A stretch of 64,000 bases of DNA from Tricharina praecox (taxonomy: Eukaryota): assembly GCF_024521635.1 (NCBI RefSeq), contig NW_026250410.1:496001-560000 (forward strand), in the 5' to 3' direction. Below the pieces are notes generated by a model. It did not search any database. It was not told where the DNA came from and saw only the letters and a program-made list of their open reading frames with translations. Both the position numbers and the translations under genes were made by a program. Shown piece by piece: positions 11,644-23,800 of this stretch. The stretch's first letter is position 1, and each line of letters starts with the position of its first letter.

Positions 11644-13679
11644 CGAATACGGGTGGTATGTAGGAACGCACGGGTGTTTCGAGACTGGATTATCGATTAC
11701 AGCGACGCTCGGCGGCTTTGGATAGGTATTCGGGTACGACGTGGAGTAGGTATGGCGAAGCAGGTGGGTGGTGGAGGTTGCTAACCAAGTAGCTGCTTGT
11801 GTTGTTGGAGGGGACGATGTCGTCCTCCGACGGATGACGGGATCCTTCGTCTTTTGGTTCGGTTCGGTTCCTTCTCGGCACTTGCGGCGCTGGCAATGTC
11901 CGAAACAGAAAGGTCGTATGATCCATTGCGTCCACCACTCGTCTCGTTCACACGAACCGGAGTTTCGTGTCGCCGGCGGTCCAACATCCCGGGGGTCAGT
12001 CGAAGGGATTGGGAGGAAATCGCCGACGCGCATTTCTAGTATAGCAAAAGGAAATAGGTTTCGCGCGAGCCTGTGACGTACGGCGGCGCGGCGGACTATC
12101 TTGATAACAACCGCTTCCCCCCACCAATATGGTACTCGTGATCCTACTCTAAATATTGTGAGGCGTAAAAAAAAATCGATACAAAGTTTTGGCCCTCCCT
12201 CTCTACCGAACAGAGTTTTTTTCTCTCTCCGGCAAGCAGCAACCGAGGCAGAACGGGATGATCGCCACAGCAGGTCCACCAACGCTCACTCGAATCTTCC
12301 AAGCCCGTCTAGCTCGAACCCGCGAGCGCGATGCCGTTCTCGGTGATTGAGAGTGATGCATCGTGCAAATAACTCCGACAACCATTGCCCGCTGCTGCGG
12401 CGGGAAGAATCCGAACACAGTTCTGCGGGTAGCCTGTAAGTATCAGTGTCCAAAGCAGACAGCAACATAGTACCGTAGGGTGAAGCAGTACCGTAGGGTT
12501 ATTGGAGCTTTGCTTCAAAATACAAGACACAAGACAAGACAACACTGCGGGCAGTGCGGCCACAACACCGCATTACATACAAGGTAGGTGCCGTACATAC
12601 CGTATAGGTACACGGAGGACATTGCCACCACTCGTATACCTTCCTTCCTTCTGTTCGTCTTTTGCTTCCTCTTCTTCTTCTTCCTCCAGTGTCCACTTCT
12701 TCGACTCCTTCCCTCCCATCCTCTTGTTCTCTCTCCTCCCTCCCCACTTCCCACTGCTCGGCTGCGAGCTCGTGCAGCTGGAACTCCGTAACGCAACACG
12801 AACGTCGTCGTCGTCAGCTCGCCATCAACATCACAGTCACAATCACTAATCGCGAACGTTCGCAGTGCACCGCGCACTCGACAAGCATGATGCACTGCGT
12901 GATGTTCCGTGAGCATGAGCTACCAATCTCACCGGTCGCCAGGACCATCGCCGCCTCCAGAGTCCAGATAATTGCAAGCTTGGGCCGCCGCTTCGTCAGA
13001 GTCTTCATCAGGCGAGGAGGAAATGGAATGGCCATGCAAACCGCGCAAGGTAATGAATGTGGCCGTCGATTGCCTCGTTCGGGTGAGAACTCATGAATGC
13101 TCGCTGTTCTCATCCTACAGTCGCAGCGACCACCAAAGTCCCCGTCGGATATCAAGCCAGGATATGTACAACCGGAGGAGCGACAGCTTCTGGCCATCTC
13201 CAGTTTCGGACCTTCACAGTTGAACCACCGTACCAGTGCCGAGTGGCCAAGCATGTACCTTTGCGAGCAGCATACCGGTATAACTATCCCCCATCATATC
13301 ATTCCTTCTATGTGTATGTTTCTTACATTAAAGCAGTCCCATAACCCCCCATGCCAAACAATAAACAAAACGACGACAAGCAAGCAAGCAAATAAAGACA
13401 AGCAGAAACGGAGAGCAGAAACGGAAATCAGAAACTAAAACCCAGTACACATGTGACACGATCGTAAATTTTTTTGTGGCACCAGCCCAACTCTTTTCCC
13501 AAACCCGCAACCCAATCTAGCTCTATCCTTTTAGTTTTATACGTGACAATCTGTTTCGATGACGGACGTGTGTTCGAACCTCAAGGGCCTTAGAAGGAAT
13601 GTTGCAGTCTCGGACCAGGACTGCCACCGTACGAGTGGACGATGGAATCTCCAAATGCGCTATCGGCGACGGTTGCTGT

Positions 13680-15602
13680 TCACGATACCCTATCAGCACT
13701 GCCACCATCGAACTGCATGTCCGAACCAGTTTTCGACTTACTTTGACTGGGATAATCGGCAGGCTGGATGTCTTTGACCACATCAATGTTCCGCCCAACG
13801 AAATCATGAATGCTGATGAAGAAATAAGACATAGTCTTGAAGAGCGCCCGCCGCTCGCTGAGGTCGGCTTTCTCCCATAAGCTCGCCATGTGGAATGCAT
13901 GGTCGTACAGCTGCGAAAACCCGTCTGTTCCCGTCGCCGAGAGAGTCGGATACTCACCGCCACCCAATGCGAGCATCCGGTTCATCATGATATTGCCTTC
14001 GTGGCTGGGAAACATTTCCGGCAATATGGGCGCTCCGACCGGTGGATACAGTAGATGTGCAGCCACAGGTTGATCGGATGAAAGGAAGTTGTGGTCGATG
14101 GTATGCGAGAAAGGTGAAAATCTACCGCCAGCATGGCTCACATCGTTGGATATCGACTGGAAGCCTGCAAATTCCTGGTGACCTGGAACAGGAGTATCGG
14201 GATACTCCAGGGTCGGAGTGTGTGGGGTACCTGGGGGGATTTGGCTCAGGGCTCGTTGGCTGGGGGAGCCGTGGTCCCAGGGCGTACTGATTCCATTCGA
14301 CTTTGGTGGCGAAATATCTGGAAACAATGTCAGCAGCCGGGCGCCGGACTTCTTTAAGGGTAACATACTATCCACATCGCCCTCGTTGTCAAATACCTTG
14401 ACCCCGTCTCGGTAGAGAAATTGTTCCAGCTCCTCCCTGCTCTTGCACTTCCTGACCCCATCGAAAAGCCCAAACAGTGCTGGGTTTTCGCTCTGAAGAA
14501 TACGCTCGGCTGATGAGAAATCGCGCTCGAGAAGGGTCTTTAATCTGTCCTTGTCTTCCTCCGCGGGATAGTGGGCATTGGCGTGGCCATCCCTGGAAAA
14601 CGCATTCAGGAGTCCGAACGTTTTTTCGCATCCAGCATGCGGGCAGCGAACCACTTTTAGGTGGTGCCGAAGTACATGGAACCTGCACGATCACTGTCAG
14701 TCCTGTGGCCCCTGCTTGTCGACATCTTTCGGGGGGGGGGATACCTTAGGTTCTTCATATTTTCAAAGAAAAGCTTTTCAAGGTCCGTTGATCGGTGGTC
14801 TGTCCTCGTATCTATCCTTTCTTTCTTACAAATGGGGCACCACTCATGCCGTTGAAGAGCATGCTCACTACCCTAAGCTGTCAGGGAAAACATCAGAACG
14901 GGAAGAGGAGAATGGAGTACATACAGTGCTTCCTGCTCCGTCTCGAACCGCTCCAAGTAGCAATTGTTCTTTGTTTTATTACTCGCTTTGCCATAGACTG
15001 GGCAACGAAAGCGCCCACCAGGCGTGTGAACACGGTCCGACCCGTGTCTATCGTGCTGATCGTCGCCGCCGTTTCGACCGCTGCCGCCTCCTCCGCCACC
15101 GCCGCCAGAGTCTCTTCCTCCAGGTCCTGAGGTCCGTGGCCTCTTAAACTCCGCCCGCCCCGATACGGTGTTGGAATTCACACGTCGACAACCGGAGTAG
15201 CCTGGTGGTGCTTGACAGTTGTTGTTGCTGTCGGAAGCGTACGTTCTGCCGAGAAGAAACATCCGAATCAGCACTTGAGCGACATCGGCAAGGCGGTGCC
15301 GCTGCGACGATGATAGATGGACATCGAGTGCTCGCGAACAGGCTTGGAACGTTTGGGTGTTTTGATCGATGGCGATTACCGATGGCATATCATAGCCGTA
15401 TTCCTATTACCTCGTCGACCGCGGTCAGCCAACACATACCAGGGGAGATCCATACTGCTGACAGGTACCATACGTCGTATCTGTTCGACATCATCTTTGG
15501 CCGTTGGAGATGGAGAGTGTTCCTGTGCCCGTAGTGTCCGGAGGCGTGAAGCTTGACTCCCTTTGACATGTCAGAAGGTTGCTGCTTCGGCCGCGAGTCC
15601 AT
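13680..15602 (-). CDS. Putative C2H2 zinc-finger protein (three atypical fingers), multi-exon; start uncertain
   Basis: Removing introns 15404-15473, 14868-14924 and 14683-14744 joins ORFs into one frame: FRCPVYG..NNCYLERFETEQEALEHALQRH, WCPIC..FFENMKNLRFHVLRHH, VRCPHAGCEKTFGLLNAFSRDGHANAH. Confidence 0.65.
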
Positions 15603-18255
15603 GAATCCAGGGATGCGATCGATATCCTATCAAAGCAGGCAGCAGTCAGCAAGCAGCAGTCGTCGCCACAGTGAGGCCATGTTGAGTGAACGAACTCTTC
15701 TTCTCTGGGACTTTGACAGGTTGGGAGCAAAGTTCTGAGTAAACTCCCTGGGAAGGGTACCAGCCATGCGCATAGCGAGAACCTTGTGTGTATCCCTGGT
15801 GTCAGCGGGGGAGTGCTCACGGCCAACAGCACAGACTACATGTCTACAGCATGCGCAGGAGCGGGAGAGCCAGCATACCGGGTTGATGACCATGGCTGCT
15901 GGGTATGGCGAGCGGCGATCCTGAATTTGGCAGTCAACGTTTTACGAAGGGCCTCCCCTGGCTAGCGGGCGTGTGTGTGTGCTTTGGTGCAACGCTGTAT
16001 GCGTTCTGTAGGGGGTTAACACTCGAGGGCGGTTGTTGGTTCGGTTCCCTTGGGCTGTGACGTTACTCGAGGCCAAGCAGACGCAGATATCTAGTATTAT
16101 GATACCGTCCAAGCGCCTGGGTTGACTGGCTCGTCGAAGGATATATTATGACGTTGGTGATGGACGATCTCGAGTGAAGTCACCTCAAGGCATGAAGGTA
16201 ACTCACCGGGTGGGAGGGGGGGCATGTATCCCAGAGGTTCGGGATGCACGCCCCACTTAAATACCGTGGATCGATCGAGTCAGATATCTCTTCACGCTCT
16301 TGCTCCTTGCTCCTCGTCCTCGTCCACTCCCTCCCCGTTGGCCTCTGCTTGGCGACAAGGCCGGCGCACGGCGCACGATCGCAAAAGTTTTGAAATCCAT
16401 AAACCATCCAGCACAACAGTACATTAGGTACATACCCAAGTACGTAGGTACTAGGTCCTACATATCGAAGACCAAAACGCAGCGAGCCTTCTCCTGCCGG
16501 CCGAAAATTGCAAAACACCAGTACATACCTTGTTCTTGGGAGACAGAAATAGAGGGACCCATCTTTGCTTGTTCTCCTTCTCCTTCCACCTCTCTGCATC
16601 CCCAGGCCCCATACATGATACCACACGACTGGGAATATCGGGCGCAGCTGATTGGTTTGATTTTCATGCGTGTCCTGTGCGACCAAGAGCAGGATAACAC
16701 TGCGCGTGCAATATACCCAGTAGTAACAACTGTACCCAACATAAGCACTTATTCTACATGACGCTGGCGGGCTATACCCAGCAGTTGCCTACTGTGGGGG
16801 ATAACGTCGGAAGCGAGCTAACTAGTCATCACCACCAACAGGATTCGCCTTCCTTGCAAAATTCCTCATTTGAGTTCAGTCCATAGTCTGATCTTTGAGA
16901 GAGAATCCTGGATGCGCGGCGAGAAGATACACATGTCACACATAGATACGTACTTCCTACACACACACATGTAACATGATACCCCTCGCCAAAGCGTCCT
17001 CTAGTTAGACTCTAGAGCCACAAGTAATTACCAGCATTCGTAGAGGAGGCTAGGAGCCAACGACGACGACGTGTCAGCCCTGCTCGTCCTCGATACTCTA
17101 CATAACAAAGTTTGTACATTGCGGGTATCTTGTCGATGGTCATCACATGATTGCACATGTTTCCGGGCTGACGGTTCCAGACTTCCAACGAGCAAAACGC
17201 GGAACCCTCCCAGCCACCCCCTCCATCATCCCTCCCTACAGGCTCACGATCGTTTCAATCACCACCGTACCGGGGGCCAGGCATAAAAAAAACAAAAAAC
17301 CACAACTCTGCTCGCAGAGACCCCAAGATCACCTTGTGCTACTGTAGAGTAGACTACATACACCTCCAGACAAAAAGAAGGCAGCCACCTGGCCTGGCTC
17401 GGTGCGCGAGTCGCGACTCCGACTCTCCGAGTCAAAAAAATATGGTGCTTACGTACCTTACGTACATAGCGGACATAGCGGACATAGCGGACATGCATGA
17501 CATCGTCGTCGTCGTCGTTGAAAACTCCCGACTGCCACTACTTCCTATGCTTGGGTACGTACGTATGTGTGTACTCATGTATGTACGGTGTACTGTTGCC
17601 TGAATCGTAATGTGTCGAGATGTGATTCGAAATTCGTGAGCACTGAGAAGTGAGAAGTGAGCACGATCAACGGGATCACGACGATGAGAGTTCAGGACGG
17701 GGGGTCGGGGACCGAGATGCTGGATCGAGACCCAGCGGGCGCCTCTACTACATAGTAGTCATAGCACGTCACTCGCTAAATCGAGGTGCCCCCAGTTGGG
17801 AACCCCGTGGCCCGTCCTCTGCGGCAGGTACTGTATGCTACCCCGTACTATGTGCAGCCGATTCCAAAGAACAACCTCCGTTGCCGCATATGTAACTTAA
17901 ATTCCAGATCAGGTACTTACATGAACATGCGGACTCCAAGGCTGTGCAAGGATGACTGCGCCGCAAATCGCAAGCCCCAAGACCGGACGCAGAATCCGGA
18001 GACATTTATATACCTACATACCTACGGGTTAGTAAGTGCTATGTAGGTACGTTTCCAAATATATCAAAACACTGCCGCAATCTTCAAAAAGCTTAGACGG
18101 AGCCGGGACAATTCTTCGCTAAGCTCGTGCCCCCATAGGTAGGGTAGGTAGTCACGGCCACTTTGCTGTAGGTACATAGCCTGTAGCCGCTCGGGAATGC
18201 TGCTGCTGCTTCTGCTTCAACTTCAGTTTCAACTTCAACTTCGGCATACTTCGGA

Positions 18256-18325
18256 TGATGCTTTGCTTTTGCTGTTTTGCTTTTGATGCTTTGCTTTTGC
18301 TGTTTTGCTTTTGATGCTTTGCTTT
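18256..18325. repeat. 28-bp tandem repeat (~2.5 copies)
   Basis: TGATGCTTTGCTTTTGCTGTTTTGCTTT at 18256, 18284 and partially 18312. Confidence 0.85.
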
Positions 18326-19840
18326 ACTGATGTTTTGCTTCTGCTTTTATTTTTGTTTTACTGCTTTTGCAGCTGCTGCCGTGCAACCCCCCGTCCTCCT
18401 TCCTTCCTTCCTTCCCTCCTGCTTCCTTCCTTCCCTCCTGCTTCCTTCCTTCCTTCCAGACCGTATCCGGCGCAGGTACCGGTACCAATTAGAGCTCTGA
18501 GCCATCATACGAACAAAATTCACAAAGCCCAGAGAACGCAGGGGAAACAAAAAACCCGGGGTCTGGATCGCGCAAAAGAAAGAAAAGAAGACGAAAGAGT
18601 CCAACACGGCTGCACCGACTGTATGTACGGCGTCCCGGAAGTCAAGGCTGGACGCGAAACGCCGACTACCGTAGAGTAGAGTAGTTAGATAGTCGCCAGC
18701 AAAGACCAGGTGAAACTACGGCGGACGGGCATACAGACGTTCAATCCAGGTCTCACGTGAGCATCAGGTGCGCTCGACAGTCGTAATCTCAAAGTACATA
18801 CCTACCCAATGTATTGTACATACACACGGCTGACCAGAATGTGACAGCCCCACCCGCAGAATAGCACATCAAGAACAAGTACCGTATGCCGGAAGACCTG
18901 GCACCGGCTAGGTCCGCTCGATAGATGGCCGAGTACCTACCATACCACCATACTACCTATACCTACTAAGTATGGTATAGAGAAGCTACACCGTGACACC
19001 GTGACACCCCGCCGACCGCCGTATGCACGGCGGACATGAGGCTGCGGTCCGTAGTGTATATGCATACCTAAATATCTACGGTACGGTGCGCATGCCATGT
19101 CCCCGGAATTCTTGGCCCTTTGGAGGAGCGTTTGATCTCGGCGAGTGCCCTACCGGAGGATGCAGAGGAGAGTGAATGTGAGTTTCGAGAGGCTGTTGAG
19201 TCACCTCGACTTCGCGGGGAGGCGCTGCCGCGGCAGTATGTACCACTCTGGTTTCATACTGAGGTACGTAACTATATGGTCTGCAATGCGCACGTCGAAG
19301 CTAACTCTGCTAACTACATACCTACCTGGAAGAGATGTGTTGTCCTCGGCCTTGTGGCTGGTCGTCGTTGCATTGGCTTCGGCGGGTACGGCTAACGGCG
19401 TTTGCTAATTGCTATTCACGCACCGAGCAAGGGTGGATTATTTCAAAACTGGCTACGATGCGTATCATATGATACATACAGTTTCTTTGACGACGCCGTG
19501 GTGCTACCAAGTTGAATAGAGTCTAGTAGAGTTCATTGGGAGAGGAGATATCTACTCTTGGTTACTAGAACGGAGTACCTAATGCTTTTTTTTTGTTTAA
19601 TCAGTAATTGCATGCGACCTATCTAGATCATGGCAATTGGAGTACCTAATGCGTCGGCTGAGTCAAGGTGTGCACGTGATCGAGTGCTTTGGTCGAGTGC
19701 TAAGCGATGATCAACCCATTGCCCCCAACGTGGCGCCTAGGTGGAGTAACGTTAGATGATAGTTTTCCCCTTTCAACCTCAACCGGACCGTCCTACCAAC
19801 CATATTACGAAATTCCTCAACCACTCACTATACGGCCGAG

Positions 19841-20975
19841 ATGCGGCTCCTGCCCAGTGCTTCACTGCTATTTCTCCTGCTGCGACAAACAGCGGCCCTC
19901 GAAAAGCCCGATGACGTGCCGCAGCAACTGTCATACGCGAAAGGCGACCTCATTCCTGTCGAATGCCTCGATCGGACGATGTGAGCTCCTACTCTCACTT
20001 GCCGCCCTAACTTCTCCAAACCGCCCCAACTTCTCCAAACCGCCCCAACTTCTCCAAACCGCCCCCACCACGACATCTACTGATTCTCCGTGTCTGGTGG
20101 GGTTTGAAGCGATACCGGCGAGCACATTCTCGACAAAGCCGGCAAGCTCCAATACGTTCCGTTCGCGGTATGCAACGAGACGCAGTCGCCGCTGCAGCTG
20201 CGCTTCCTCGAGGGCGAGGACACAGGTCTGAACTGCACCATCGCCGCCGTGTCGGACGAGATGTACCACCTTTTCGAATTCTACATCCACCACGACTCGC
20301 CCATGTCGTGTCGCGTACGTGCGCGCCCCGCCGGCGACGGCGAACTCCTCCCCTCGGAGGGCGACTCTGGCAGCGGTGGCGTGGAATGGGTTCCGCTGAG
20401 TACGTTTTCCCCTCCTCCTGCTGCTAGCCTCCATCCTCCCTCCCCCCTCCTCCCGCTGACCCCACACAGTCGTCGCCCTCGCCGGCAAACTCGAGTCCTC
20501 CCATCTCCACATCAGCACGAACCTCAACATGCTCCTACACATGTCCTCCTCCGACAATCCAGGAGCGATCGATTCCGCCGCAGCCTACTCCACATCCGCG
20601 CTCGAATCCTCCACCACGCGCATCGTGATCGGCGACCCGCTCCCCCTGCGCTTCCGCCTACGCTGGTACGCGACATCCGACCTGCCACCAGGAGAAGCCA
20701 CCAAGGCCGCCACCGTCGCCGCGGGGCACACGATGCTATACTGCATCCTCTCGGCGCTGGTGGGCGCAACCGTGTGCTACGCCTGGGTCGTCGGCGTGGA
20801 CGTGCCCCGCCGTCTGAAGCACGCGAGGAATGCTGGCGCGAACGGCGGCATCATTGGCAGCTTTGCGGCCGCGGCGGGGGATAAGGCCAGGTCCGGGTAT
20901 GCGGGATACGGGTTTCCCGCGAACGGAGGTGGCGGTGCGGGATATGGAGGCTATGGCGCGAAGAGGAAGGATTAG
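19841..20975 (+). CDS. Uncharacterised single-pass secretory-pathway membrane protein, 3 exons
   Basis: Signal-peptide-like MRLLPSASLLFLLLRQTAA; introns 19981-20109 and 20400-20469 give continuous frame IPVECLDRTIDTGEH..YVPFAVCNET..LNCTI..FEFYIHHDSPMSCR..LHISTNLNMLLH; TM segment MLYCILSALVGATVCYAWVV; Gly/Tyr-rich tail ending KRKD. Confidence 0.8.
20009..20065. repeat. Intronic minisatellite, 19 bp x3
   Basis: AACTTCTCCAAACCGCCCC three times inside intron 1 of the membrane-protein gene. Confidence 0.9.
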
Positions 20976-21603
20976 GGCTGGGATGGGGATGGGGATGACC
21001 GACTAATGAATGTACCTGCTGTACCTATTATGCGAGAAGACGCACCCGCGATATCGCGGGGTAATTTATTTATGCATAGAGTTTTGGGGGATATGTACAT
21101 ATGTGGAACCGCTATCTACGTACATACTCCCGATAACCCTTTGCGAATGCTGCCGTGTACTCTCCATCCTTATCAAACAAAGGTATTCCGGTGAGCCCGG
21201 CCACGGAAGCTCAAGCCCGGGACCAATGTCCAGGCGACGCTTTCTCCCGCGGCGCTGACGGAGGTGGATGTATGTACACACCTACCGTCCTTCGCAGAAA
21301 TCCCGCAAATCCCCACTCAGCCCTATGTAGCAGGCATGAAACAGTTCCTGTCGTCATGTTCCATCACGCTGTCCCCTCCCCCCCCCTTCTACTACGTCCC
21401 GATTGGTCCTGGTGGTGCGTGAGGTAAAATAGCACCATCCGGGCTGCCGTGGTACTGGAGGTCTCGATCTCGCGGGCCGACGATGCTAATGTGGAGTCTG
21501 AGTGTGCCTGGCCAAGTGAAGACGGGTGATATGCTCTGTCCGAGAAGACAATTCCGGCGAATGTAATATTACAGACTGCTGTCATCACTTCTTGACATCA
21601 TCA

Positions 21604-21693
21604 GCTCGGATGGTCTAGTGGTATGATTCTCGCTTAGGGTCGCTCCTAAGCATCAATTGCGAGAGGTCCCCGGTTCAAATCCGGGTTCGAGCC
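21604..21693 (+). tRNA. tRNA-Pro(AGG) with 18-nt intron (21640-21657)
   Basis: Acceptor stem GCTCGGA/TTCGAGC, A box TGGTCTAGTGG, anticodon arm CTCGC-TTAGGG.T-GCGAG, B box GGTTCAAATCC, intron one base 3' of the anticodon, downstream T run; spliced length 72 nt. Confidence 0.95.
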
Positions 21694-21966
21694 TGATTCT
21701 TTTGCGCTGTTTCTCAGGAGTTTTTCAGCGCACTCTTTTGTTGCGTTCTTCGGGTTGTTTCGGCGGTGGTTGCGATTTGTATCTGAGGCGTAGTTAAGTA
21801 TCTTGAGTTCTGGATTTTCGTGTTTACGAACGGCACCTGGTGGGTACGGTAGCAAAAAGTGAGGTGCGATTGATGTGGAAGGTCTCCAGTAGTATCTACT
21901 ACCGCTTGGATATAAATCCAGCAGTCTCAGGAGAATACAGATTTACTCTGGAATATTTTTCCCCTA

Positions 21967-22189
21967 CAGTCTAAATTCTACGGTATCGCCGAATCATACG
22001 CACTTTTATAAAGATGCGCTCATCTACAAAAAAGCCAGAAGGACTACCGCTGCTCTTCCGAATGTAACATATTACGCACTGTCCACAATACCAGAGGACT
22101 ACCAGAGAACTACCAGAGGACTACCGTATCCGTAAAACAACATAATGCAGAGAAAACGTTCTAATCCCAATCACGTAGTTCCTAGACTG
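21967..22189. mobile_element. Possible degenerate Tc1/mariner-type MITE
   Basis: TA|CAGTCTAaattCTACG ... CGTAGttccTAGACTG|TA imperfect inverted termini with TA flanks; internal repeated GGACTACC / ACCAGAGGACT motifs. Single copy in the window. Confidence 0.35.
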
Positions 22190-23477
22190 TAGTAAGACTA
22201 TGACGACAGGATTCCTACGAACGAAATGCCGTGCTGAGCAGCATGCTCCGGTCACTGAATCCGGTATGCATACCGTAGAAACCTTCCAGTTTCAAGAAAA
22301 CGTACTGTGGGTAAGACGTGGTGTACGTAAGCAAATATTTACGACATTCTTGTAGGGTAGGAAGTGCCGTAGACCTACGGAATAAATACTGGAAAGGAAA
22401 CTATACCAATTGAGCTGAATACAGTAGAGCTGCGGAGTCCCTGCGGGATTGTGAAGTATCAGACAGTGCCTACACTACGTAAATTGTACACCGCTGTAGT
22501 TCTTTCGATGGCAAAAGTCTTTACGTATTTGGGAATTCCAGATAGTTGTCACAATATGCACTGTGTGGTTTACAGTATTCGTCTCATTTCAGATATTACT
22601 AATAGACAACTCATGCTTCCAAACTGTGACGAGAGGAGCTATCAGCGAGAGGAAATGTGTGAACTCATCTCGACCCCACCGCTGAGCTGAAGGGGTGTTG
22701 GCAAACGAGCCGTCTGCAAATCCATTGTGCTACTGCATTTACCAAACCTTATGATACTCCAAAAGATCGCATCGTACGGACCCTAAAGTAGTAATGAGCA
22801 CCGATTTCTACAGGCACGGAAGTCTTTCAGTAAGTAGTGATACCGCAGCCGTCTGGTCGAATATCACGTATTACTACCGAAGTTGACCAAACACGCAGTC
22901 TTGTTTATAGGACGAACGCACCACCCCCCTCAGTATAATTACACAGTGCATTGCAACACCATAAAACTCTCGTTGTCTATAGATGACGCATTACTTCGCA
23001 TTGCTTTTCGATACGTGATGTGAAAAAGACGGTACGGCTCCTGTAAGCTGTCATTATGGAAATCCGTGTTCTTTGGACTTTTCTAAAAGTGGGCATACGT
23101 ATTGAACAAAGATCTGGTAGTTCTTCGGTATGCAAATGACTGCGGTATTCTTCCCTTTTTGCTACTGTAGTCAGCGGGCTGGTGGGATGCTAGCAGTGTT
23201 ATATCAAGCAACACATCGTCACCGCCCGTATCCCCTCTTCACTCTATCACTCGGAAAAATGACCGGTGGTGTTGTCTCGGCACAATCGGATTCTCTGATG
23301 AAAACAGACAACCCCCGAGTTCTAAGCTACGCCGGCTTTAAAACCTTGACTGAACCCTTCGGCGTTGGTTCTCCATGATTCCCCTGTCTACCGTGTGATT
23401 CGCCATGACTGAATGAAGGGCCGGAAGAAAGGAACTGGCGAGTGGTGAGGGAGGATGGAAGCTTTTTATGTGTATGT

Positions 23478-23661
23478 ACAAATTCCAAGCTTTATCCATT
23501 TCCAAATCTACGAGTGAGACTTCGTACTACAAGGCATCATGCATACATCCGCAGCTCCAATCACAAATTCCAAGCTCTATCCATTTCCAAATCTACGAGT
23601 TACACTTCGTACATCATAGATACTACAAACCATCATACATGTACATGAAAAATCCGCAGCT
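23478..23661. repeat. Imperfect ~85-bp tandem duplication
   Basis: ACAAATTCCAAGCT(T/C)TATCCATTTCCAAATCTACGAGT..ACTTCGTAC at 23478 and 23563, each later followed by ATCCGCAGCT. Confidence 0.85.
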
Positions 23662-23800
23662 TTAACCTAGTCTATAGTACAGAAGTACGCATGCCACAAA
23701 CGCACCCGCCAAAAAAAAGAAAAAAAGAAACGCCCTTCCAAATCCCAAAGTATGCACATGAACAAGCCACTAACCACTGACCACCAGCAACTACCTACTC

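Noticed and set aside
11644..12282. Upstream extension of the 370-aa ORF beyond the AFG1 start
   Set aside because: Non-ATG start and no protein-like features; the ATG at 11643 begins a presequence-like segment.
12887..13344. Possible two-exon plus-strand gene
   Set aside because: A splice is possible but the product has no recognisable features; insufficient support.
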